This document shows positions 56,969 to 64,000 of a stretch of DNA of 64,000 nucleotides, piece after piece. This DNA is from Polyangiaceae bacterium (GTDB taxonomy: Bacteria; Myxococcota_A; Polyangia; Polyangiales; Polyangiaceae). A model generated the notes under the pieces. It was not told the origin of the DNA and did no database searches. It saw nothing but the letters and a program-made list of their open reading frames with translations. The stretch spans positions 128,001 through 192,000 of the forward strand of contig JBILLK010000018.1 in NCBI GenBank assembly GCA_044376115.1. The letters run 5' to 3'. A program made the translations under genes and the position numbers. The first letter of the stretch is position 1. Every line of letters starts with the position of its first letter.

Positions 56969-58312
56969 CTAAAAATCTAGCGCAATCGCGGCCGTACCGT
57001 TCTCGCCGCTCAAAGCCTTACCGGCCTGCTCAGCGTTCGGTGGCGTAACCTGCAGCCCATTGAGCGACGGTTCCCCACCCGTGTAGGCAATCACGACAGC
57101 ATGCCCACCGGCGCCTTCAGCGCCGTCCCCACCGCGCCCGCCGACACCACCCATTCCCCCCGAACAAGCACTGCCAAACCCTGCACTGGGCGTTCCAGGC
57201 GTGCCAGGGGAGCCCCCCTCCCCACCACGTCCAGCATCGCCCCCAAGCCCGACAACGGCCGTTGAGTCTTGAAACTTAAGCGAGCTTCCGAGCGAGACGA
57301 CAACCATGCTCGACCCGCCCGAACCGCCGGGCTCACCGGCTTCTCCAGCGCAGCCACCTGCGCCACCGCCACCACCGCCCGCGCCCTGCAGGCCGCCGCC
57401 TCCGCCTCCTCCGCCGGCCGAAGCGCCGTTGGTTCCCTTGGAGCCTTGCGGCGGCAGATAGCCTTGTTCGTCAATGCTGCCGCCGGCGGCTGCGGGAGCT
57501 GCGGCCGCACCGTCTTCACCGGCTTGACCTGCAAGCCCCGCGGTACAGCCTGCTGCACCACCGTTTTGCTGCGATGACGGCTGGCCACTCGAGCCCTTGG
57601 CGATCGCGCCGGTGCCCGCATTACCGCCCTTTCCTCCTGCGCCACCGCAGCTCGATAGTCCGCCGGTTCCGCCCGCCGTGGAGCTAGCTGGCGCGCCGTC
57701 TTCACCGTTCTCACCGACCGCGCCTGCCGCGCCATCACTGCCGGCGGCAGCGTTCCCCGCGAGCAGATCGCAGCGGACGAACTCGACTTGCGAGCCCTCC
57801 TGCGCAATCACGGCGATGCTCGAGCCAGAAGGTTCAATCGCGCTGCGCGCCGCTACGCGAAAGCCTTCGATCCGCAGCGCCGCGGCCGAGGCGATCTCGA
57901 GCGGTACACTTCCCGCGGGCGCTGTTAACTCGGTGCGAGCGGATTCGTCGTAGGCCCAGGTTCCGCAGCTGAGCCCGCCGTAGATCGTCGCTTCACCCGC
58001 AATCACCACCGCCTCATCGAGCTGCTCGCCGCAGACGTAGACCGTCTGGCCACTCGCCAAAGCCGCATTGAGGCTGCCAAACGGGGCTTGCGGTGTGCCG
58101 TCCCCCGTCCCCCCGGCCGCCACGAAGACGCCGCAATCGGGCCCAGGATAGGCGCCGTTCTCCGGCTCGCAGCTCTCCACGGTTGGCGTTTCAGCTCCGC
58201 CAGCCCCGCCTTCACCATCGGCAAGTTGGAACGGCAGCCCGCGGCAGCCCCAAAGCACAAGAGACAGAAGCCACGTCCACAGCGCGGGGTTCGACCATTG
58301 CTTGTGTTGCAT
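56969..58312 (-). CDS. PGRS-like glycine-rich exported lipoprotein
   Basis: Lipobox-like LWGC; GDGTPQAPFGSL; long GGxGG tracts. Confidence 0.75.
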   Translation of the reverse strand: MQHKQWSNPALWTWLLSLVLWGCRGLPFQLADGEGGAGGAETPTVESCEPENGAYPGPDCGVFVAAGGTGDGTPQAPFGSLNAALASGQTVYVCGEQLDEAVVIAGEATIYGGLSCGTWAYDESARTELTAPAGSVPLEIASAAALRIEGFRVAARSAIEPSGSSIAVIAQEGSQVEFVRCDLLAGNAAAGSDGAAGAVGENGEDGAPASSTAGGTGGLSSCGGAGGKGGNAGTGAIAKGSSGQPSSQQNGGAAGCTAGLAGQAGEDGAAAAPAAAGGSIDEQGYLPPQGSKGTNGASAGGGGGGGGLQGAGGGGGGAGGCAGEAGEPGGSGGSSMVVVSLGSSLKFQDSTAVVGLGGDAGRGGEGGSPGTPGTPSAGFGSACSGGMGGVGGRGGDGAEGAGGHAVVIAYTGGEPSLNGLQVTPPNAEQAGKALSGENGTAAIALDF

Positions 58313-58395
58313 CCCCCCTACATTCCTCGTGGCCTCCAGCAGCGCTCACAAAAGCGACAATGCCACCGCGTGCGCGATCGCGTTATCGTCGCGCC

Positions 58396-59268
58396 ATGAG
58401 CCAAAATACCGAGACCCTCGCGATGTTGGGCACTGGCATGATCGGAGGCAACATGGCGTTGCGCTGGCTCGATCAGGGGCACCGCGTCCAGGTCTGGAAC
58501 CGCTCGCCGGCAAAGTTGGCGGCCCTCATCGAGAAGGGCGCGCACGCCTTCGACTCGCCGAAAGCAGCGGCGGCCGGCGCGAGCCGCGTTCACCTCGCGG
58601 TCTCTGACGACAATGCGGTCGATGAGGTTTTGGCCGACCTATGCGCAGCGAAGGCGTCGCTCGCAAACAACGTCCTGATCGTCGACCACACCACAACCGC
58701 TCCCGCCGGGACCAAAGCGCGGGCGGCGAAGCTGCTCGAACAGGAGCTCGCCTTCGTCCATGCACCTGTGTTCATGTCGCCGGCCATGTGTCTTAGCGGG
58801 GCCGGCCTTATGCTATTGGCCGGCCCGGCGCCGCTGCGCGAGCGCGTCACGCCGGCACTTCGAACCATGACGGGGGAAGTGATTGACCTCGGGGATCGCG
58901 AAGATGCAGCAGCCGCCTACAAGCTCTTCGGTAACGCGATGATCATCGCGTTGAGCGCGGGTCTGAGTGACGTCTTTGCCATCGCGCGCGCCAATCAATT
59001 TGATCCTATGGAGGCGCTCGGGCTGTTCAGTAAATTCAGCCCGACGGTGAACAATCCACGCAGCCAACGCATGGCCAAAGGAGACTTTACGCCTCCGAGC
59101 TTTACCCTGGCGATGGCACGCAAAGACGTGCGTTTGATGCTCGCCTCCGCCGGAGAAGCTACCCTGGCCGTGCTGCCCGCCATTGCAGAGCGGATGGACG
59201 ATTTGATCAACCAAGGCTACAGCGAGGCGGACCTTGGCGTCCTCGCCATCGGTGACTCATGCAAGTAA
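58396..59268 (+). CDS. NAD(P)-dependent oxidoreductase, 3-hydroxyisobutyrate dehydrogenase family
   Basis: LGTGMIGGNMA, VWNRS, HAPV, YKLFGN, ARKDVRL. Confidence 0.9.
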   Translation: MSQNTETLAMLGTGMIGGNMALRWLDQGHRVQVWNRSPAKLAALIEKGAHAFDSPKAAAAGASRVHLAVSDDNAVDEVLADLCAAKASLANNVLIVDHTTTAPAGTKARAAKLLEQELAFVHAPVFMSPAMCLSGAGLMLLAGPAPLRERVTPALRTMTGEVIDLGDREDAAAAYKLFGNAMIIALSAGLSDVFAIARANQFDPMEALGLFSKFSPTVNNPRSQRMAKGDFTPPSFTLAMARKDVRLMLASAGEATLAVLPAIAERMDDLINQGYSEADLGVLAIGDSCK

Positions 59269-60074
59269 ATCCCTATCTCGCTCCGGCTCAGCCAGTGGCT
59301 GGGTACTACGCCGCGCCCCCTCGGCTTTTTACTGCCAATACCATCGCGCTCGCCGCCTTCCTCGGTAGCGCGTTGGGCGGCGCTCTGCTTTACGCCTTCA
59401 ACCTCCGCCGGATCGGAGCAGGCGCTCAGGTGCCTATCGCGCTCGGGTTGGGCGTGCTGACGACGGCAGCGATCTTCGCCATCGCCTTTGCCCTTCCGGA
59501 TTCGGCGACCGGCCTGATGAGCGGGGTCAACATCGGGATGGTGTTTGGGGTTCGGGCCCTCGCCCAACGCCGCTTCGAACCGGTGCTTAACGAGGCGCAA
59601 GCGCACGGCGTCAAACCGCATAGCGGCTGGTGGGCAGCCCTCGTCTCGGTTGTGGTGCTCATCCCGTTAGCGGTCATCGCCTTTGGCGGCGCCATGGCCC
59701 TGCAGAAAACGGTGGCCTTCGGTGAGGAGCAGGAGATCATGTACGAAGGGGACGCCACCGAGGCAGAGGCTCGCAAGGTCGGTGAAGACCTGACGAAGCA
59801 AGAGTTCTTCGGGTCGAAGAACCCCGGCCCCAAGACCGTCACGCTAGCCAAGGACAAGAAGGGGTTCACCTTGGGCTTCTTCGTCCAAGAGGGCTCTTGG
59901 AAGGATGAGACGGTTACGAAAGCGTTTACCTGCATTGGCGGGCGCGTTCGGCAGCGCGCCCTCAACAACGCGCATTTGACCGTTACCTTGCTCGACAGCT
60001 GGGGGACGGTGAAAAAGGAGCTACCAACGCCAGCTGCAGCGGACGTGGACAAAGCCTGCGAAGGGTATCGCTAG
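59259..60074 (+). CDS. Membrane protein, hypothetical
   Basis: NPYxAP start, 4 TM, soluble C-terminal domain. Confidence 0.7.
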   Translation: MQVNPYLAPAQPVAGYYAAPPRLFTANTIALAAFLGSALGGALLYAFNLRRIGAGAQVPIALGLGVLTTAAIFAIAFALPDSATGLMSGVNIGMVFGVRALAQRRFEPVLNEAQAHGVKPHSGWWAALVSVVVLIPLAVIAFGGAMALQKTVAFGEEQEIMYEGDATEAEARKVGEDLTKQEFFGSKNPGPKTVTLAKDKKGFTLGFFVQEGSWKDETVTKAFTCIGGRVRQRALNNAHLTVTLLDSWGTVKKELPTPAAADVDKACEGYR

Positions 60075-61855
60075 AGAGAAAGCTGCCTCACGCTGACCTG
60101 CGGCGCGAGCTCCATCGGCGTTGAGTTGCTGTTGCAATCGAGCAGCATGTACCCGTGTGAGCCCGTCGCCGTCACCAAAGAGCCATCGCTACGGAAGGCC
60201 AACGCTGTCGTTTTGGCATAAGCATTGAGCAACGATTGCGGCTCAATCGAAGGCTCAAAACCGTCCTGGCGGAACCAATCGAGGCTGCCAGTTCCTTCAT
60301 TCAACATGGCAACGAAGGCTTTGCCGCGCCCTGGCGTTACGCTTGAGGTACAGCTCGTGTAAGGCGGGATTCCACCGTCGACTCCGAGCTTACCTCCGAC
60401 AAATACGCGGTCCCCATCGACCACGAGCGTCTCCACCTCACCGCGCCCTTGCACCGACTGAATGCGTTGGAACCAGAGAGCCGGGCTCTGATTGGTATAT
60501 TCGGCTCGTAGGAAGGCCATGACAAAGCCGTCGCCGTCGGGGTGCCCCGTGGGGATATTGTCCAGACCAACGTCGGGCGTACCGCTGTAGGTCCCCGCGA
60601 CGAGGATTGTATCGTCCGTTACCGCAACCTCGGTAACGCTCATTGGGTTTTCATTGGAGCCGAAGACACGGGTAACTTCCGTCGAGAGATTTTCGGGTAG
60701 CTGCGTCAAGAAGCTCTTGTCTGCCGCCGTATCACCCTGAGCACAGCCAGTCCCCGCAGCCCAAATGCCGCCTGTTTCATCCACGGCGATCGAGGAACGC
60801 AGGCCCGCTAGCGTATTGAAGTGGTTGACCTCACACGGGCCACGCGACAGTTCACGTAAGGACGCGCTGCCAGCACCCCGGGAGGTGACGACATAAAAAT
60901 GGGGCCAGGCTTGGCTGAAGGGAACCACTGTAAAGGGGTTTTCTTGCGCGACGCCAATTGCAGCTACCTTCCCGTCCGTGGTGTTCGGGAAGGCAGCAAC
61001 GTCGGAGAGGTAGCCTTCATCATTGGAGGCAGGGCCGTTGCTCGTGAGGCTTAAACGCGGGTTTCCCATAGCGGCATCAAACCAAGCGATAAATGGGGAG
61101 AACGTGGCCCCCGTGGTCGCTGGGGCTTGCAACAGATTGGGGTTGTCGCAATCGCTGTTCGCTTGCGTCGTGAAGAAGGAGACAAAGCTCGCCTCCATGG
61201 CGCCAGCCACGACCAGGCTTGGTGTATTGCCCCCTGCATCATCTGCGACCACCGCGGCGCTGAAGAAGAAGACCTCATCTCCGCCGGGGACGGCGGGCAT
61301 CCCCTTTACCGCGTTATCCAAGCAGGGCCTGCCAATCAAGTTGTGTGCCCCATTCTCTTCCAGAAGAAAGCCCGCGCCGGGCCCGGCCTGAATGTTAGTG
61401 GAATTGCCGGTTACGAATTGACCATTAAACACGTAGTCCACGTAGTGACCCACGAACCAAAGCTTGCCAGACGGGGTCTCAACGATGTCTCGAATCTCGA
61501 CGTTCGAGCTCTCCCCCAGTGGTGCCCCCAGCGCAGAGACAGAGGTTTTGATGGTAAAAAGATCGGTAATCGCGCTCGGGCACGTACTCCCAGGTGGGCT
61601 GATGCAGTTGTTGCAAGGCAGGCACTCCACCGTGCCGCCACCGCCGCCTTGGGCGTTGCCAGCCATACCGCCATCGCCACCGTTACCAGCCGTACCACCG
61701 TTGCCAGCCGTACCACCGTTGCCAGCCGTACCACCGTTGCCAGCCGTACCACCGTTGCCAGCCGTACCACCGTTGCCGGTGACATCAGGAAAGTCGGTAA
61801 AGAAGGAACAGGCGGAGAGGAAGAATGCGCAATAACGAAGGGAAGAATTTCTCAT
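60071..61855 (-). CDS. Exported lipoprotein with Gly-rich repeat and propeller-like body
   Basis: FLSAC lipobox; GGTAGN repeats; ATGA-coupled to upstream gene. Confidence 0.7.
   Translation of the reverse strand: MRNSSLRYCAFFLSACSFFTDFPDVTGNGGTAGNGGTAGNGGTAGNGGTAGNGGTAGNGGDGGMAGNAQGGGGGTVECLPCNNCISPPGSTCPSAITDLFTIKTSVSALGAPLGESSNVEIRDIVETPSGKLWFVGHYVDYVFNGQFVTGNSTNIQAGPGAGFLLEENGAHNLIGRPCLDNAVKGMPAVPGGDEVFFFSAAVVADDAGGNTPSLVVAGAMEASFVSFFTTQANSDCDNPNLLQAPATTGATFSPFIAWFDAAMGNPRLSLTSNGPASNDEGYLSDVAAFPNTTDGKVAAIGVAQENPFTVVPFSQAWPHFYVVTSRGAGSASLRELSRGPCEVNHFNTLAGLRSSIAVDETGGIWAAGTGCAQGDTAADKSFLTQLPENLSTEVTRVFGSNENPMSVTEVAVTDDTILVAGTYSGTPDVGLDNIPTGHPDGDGFVMAFLRAEYTNQSPALWFQRIQSVQGRGEVETLVVDGDRVFVGGKLGVDGGIPPYTSCTSSVTPGRGKAFVAMLNEGTGSLDWFRQDGFEPSIEPQSLLNAYAKTTALAFRSDGSLVTATGSHGYMLLDCNSNSTPMELAPQVSVRQLSL
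61677..61777. repeat. 18-bp tandem repeat (~5.5 copies, GNGGTA)
   Basis: ccaccgttgccagccgta units. Confidence 0.92.
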
Positions 61856-62907
61856 TGGAACACACCGAACATCATGAGCCCTGCGCCGGCTTTATCCCCA
61901 TACGGCAGAAACCCAACGCCAGGTTTCGCCGTATCCGCGGACTCAGCGTTATCCGACCCACCAAGAATAAGCATTAAAACGCCAGCGCCAGCCGCAGCCG
62001 CGCCCACAAACGTGGTGACCGTACTAACGAGGGCGAGCGTAGAACCGCTATCCGACAGGTCCTTGGCTTCTGCAGTAACGCCGGGCGGGCAGTTGAGCGA
62101 ATCCCCCACTTCGACGCAATTGAGCGCGTCGAGGTCATCGCGCTTACCGAGCGCTACGACGCCCAAACCAATCGAGGCTCCGAGGGTAGCAACACCAACA
62201 CCGCCGAGGATCAAACCGCCTATTTGAATGCCACTCAAGGACGACCCCTGCGAGGCAGGTGGCAAATCGATCGGGCGCGGCTCCTCAGGCTTCGGCTTAA
62301 CGCCGGTATCGGGGATGGGGCCCTCGCCCGGGCCGGTCTGCGGCTGCGGTAGCAACGTAAACTCAACCACCTCGCGTTGAGCTTCGGCCAGGGTCAATTC
62401 GCGCGTCTGTTCGATGTAGCCCGGAGCTCCGACGACGATCACGTGTTTGCCCGGATCGATCGGCAGGTCCACGCCGATCACCATCGGCTGCTGATCGCGG
62501 AGGGCTACAGCGCCGGCCGGCGCATTGGCGATGCGCACCGTGAGGTAAGGGAGCCGTGGTTCGAGCCGCTCAATCGAGGCTTGGATGAAGGACTCGATCT
62601 GCTTGCGTTGGGTCTCGCTCTTGGTATCCGCGTTGAGTGAGCGCGCGTCCTTCAGCCGCGACCAAGCGAGCGCCAGCTTCCCCTCATGCTCCGAGCACGA
62701 GGCGAGGTTGAGCTGCGTACCCGGCGCTGGGTCGAGCTTGAAGCTGTCAGCAAACTTGGCGCACGCGCCCACCCAATCGTCCTTGGCGAGCAGCTTGGCC
62801 CCATCGTCGTAGAGCTTCTCAGCTCCGGCCGAATCGCGCGCCTGCCCTAGAACTACCCCCGGCGAAAGCACCCCAAGCGCTAACGCCACCAACCCTCGTC
62901 GCAACAT
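61852..62907 (-). CDS. TPR + PEGA-like exported/membrane protein
   Basis: ACAKFADSFKLDPAPGTQLNLASC; IDPGKHVIVVGAPGY; hydrophobic C-terminus. Confidence 0.85.
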   Translation of the reverse strand: MLRRGLVALALGVLSPGVVLGQARDSAGAEKLYDDGAKLLAKDDWVGACAKFADSFKLDPAPGTQLNLASCSEHEGKLALAWSRLKDARSLNADTKSETQRKQIESFIQASIERLEPRLPYLTVRIANAPAGAVALRDQQPMVIGVDLPIDPGKHVIVVGAPGYIEQTRELTLAEAQREVVEFTLLPQPQTGPGEGPIPDTGVKPKPEEPRPIDLPPASQGSSLSGIQIGGLILGGVGVATLGASIGLGVVALGKRDDLDALNCVEVGDSLNCPPGVTAEAKDLSDSGSTLALVSTVTTFVGAAAAGAGVLMLILGGSDNAESADTAKPGVGFLPYGDKAGAGLMMFGVFQ

Positions 62908-62928
62908 AAGGCGGCCAGTGTACTCGAG

Positions 62929-63999
62929 TCAGCGACGTGGTCCGCTCCAAACCGTGGAGACACCCGTCGGAACACTCGTTGGAGCGGCGGTGGGACGTGC
63001 GGTTACGAGCGGTTTGCTGGTGGCACCGGCGGTCGGCTGCGAGGGCGTTGACGTTGTCGCTGGCACCGCCGAGACCGAGGCCGTCGCCGACGGTACGGAT
63101 ACGGACGGCGCTGCAGTCGGAGCGGAGGTGGTCGCTGCGGAACGTTCGGCGCCCTTGGGCGTGACTTGGATCGGCGCCTGGCCCTGGGCTTCGGAGGCAG
63201 GGACCGAGGCCGACTCCGGCGCGGCTGCAGACGACGAACTGGACTTGGACTGCGAGAGCATCACCGTCACGCCCGCCGCGATACCGAGCGCAGCGATCAC
63301 CGCGACGACGCCGATCAGCTTGCTCCGTGGCGCGCCAGTACCTTCGGCTTGGGCGATGGTGTGAGTGGAGGGAACGGGCCCTGTGCCCTGTCCAACCGAT
63401 TGCCGTGTTGGGCTCGCGGCGCGCACCGGGGTAAGGCCCACCGACTTGGCCTCAGCGTGATTGGGGAGATTCGGTTCAGCGAGGCTCGCAAGAGGCTGCG
63501 TCGCTTGGAATGCGACCACGCGCCGTTTGGCCGACGAAGACGGGAGCTCATCGCCAACACCCTTCAGTGACTCGCGAAGCTGCGCAAACAACTCCGTCAC
63601 GCTGCGATAGCGCTCCTCCGGATCGAGCGCAGTGGCTTTGGCGAACCAGCCATCGAAGGCTTCCGGAAGGGCGACGCCTCCAGCTGCGCCGCGCATGGTG
63701 GCCTTCTCGGTGGTGCCCTGGGCCACCTTGAACAAGAGACCCATGAGGTTGTGCGCGGCCTCCTCGTCGGGCTGGAAGTAGGCACGCCCGACCAGCAGCG
63801 TGAACACGATCTGCGCCAACGCATAGACATCACACGCGGGCCCAATGCGCGACGATTGACCGGTCATTTGTTCGGGGGCCATGAACAACGGCGTACCCAC
63901 GCTGGCTGTGTCCTTCGACGAGCGATCAATCAGCTTGGCGATGCCAAAATCGAGGAGCTTCATCCGCAACGAGCCGTCATCGCGACGCGTCACGAACAG
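62929..63999 (-). CDS. Ser/Thr protein kinase (N-terminus outside window)
   Basis: KLLDFGIAK, GTPLFMAPEQ, DVYAL; TM and Ser/Thr-rich tail. Confidence 0.93.
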   Translation of the reverse strand: MFVTRRDDGSLRMKLLDFGIAKLIDRSSKDTASVGTPLFMAPEQMTGQSSRIGPACDVYALAQIVFTLLVGRAYFQPDEEAAHNLMGLLFKVAQGTTEKATMRGAAGGVALPEAFDGWFAKATALDPEERYRSVTELFAQLRESLKGVGDELPSSSAKRRVVAFQATQPLASLAEPNLPNHAEAKSVGLTPVRAASPTRQSVGQGTGPVPSTHTIAQAEGTGAPRSKLIGVVAVIAALGIAAGVTVMLSQSKSSSSSAAAPESASVPASEAQGQAPIQVTPKGAERSAATTSAPTAAPSVSVPSATASVSAVPATTSTPSQPTAGATSKPLVTARPTAAPTSVPTGVSTVWSGPRR

Positions 64000-64000
64000 G

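Overview
High-GC window with a gene repertoire typical of myxobacteria (Ser/Thr kinases, TPR/PEGA, PGRS-like and ECF modules); the taxon is inferred, probably Polyangiaceae-like. The left flank (1-18.5 kb) holds an ECF sigma/anti-sigma module, PilZ, a Cpx-like two-component system, MFS, GNAT, a cobalamin riboswitch in front of a BtuB-type uptake operon, an EXPERA-like membrane protein, a hemerythrin and a kinase. The right flank (49.8-64 kb) holds a thioesterase, typA, a DGC-NosP(FIST)-hybrid kinase operon, a PGRS-like protein and a kinase-TPR/PEGA-lipoprotein triad. The centre (~18.7-49.6 kb) is an accessory contractile-injection (T6SS-type) spike/effector island: DUF2169-pentapeptide, pentapeptide, DUF3540, DUF4150 (PAAR-like) and VgrG, with no sheath, tube or baseplate genes in the window. 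Its most notable feature is a candidate polymorphic toxin system. Three paralogous proteins share an N-terminal module (LysM - PWPYP/WxCPxGTCxC - Ig/TTR-like - peptidoglycan-binding). Two carry divergent NlpC/P60-like Cys-His domains; the third carries only a TTR-like domain and is followed by a separate His-Cys caspase-fold protein. Each is followed by tandemly amplified lipoproteins (candidate immunity), and two cassettes are bracketed by short direct repeats. An Rpn-like nuclease with an internal RBS/ATG closes the island. All family calls are from motif recognition; no database searches were run.
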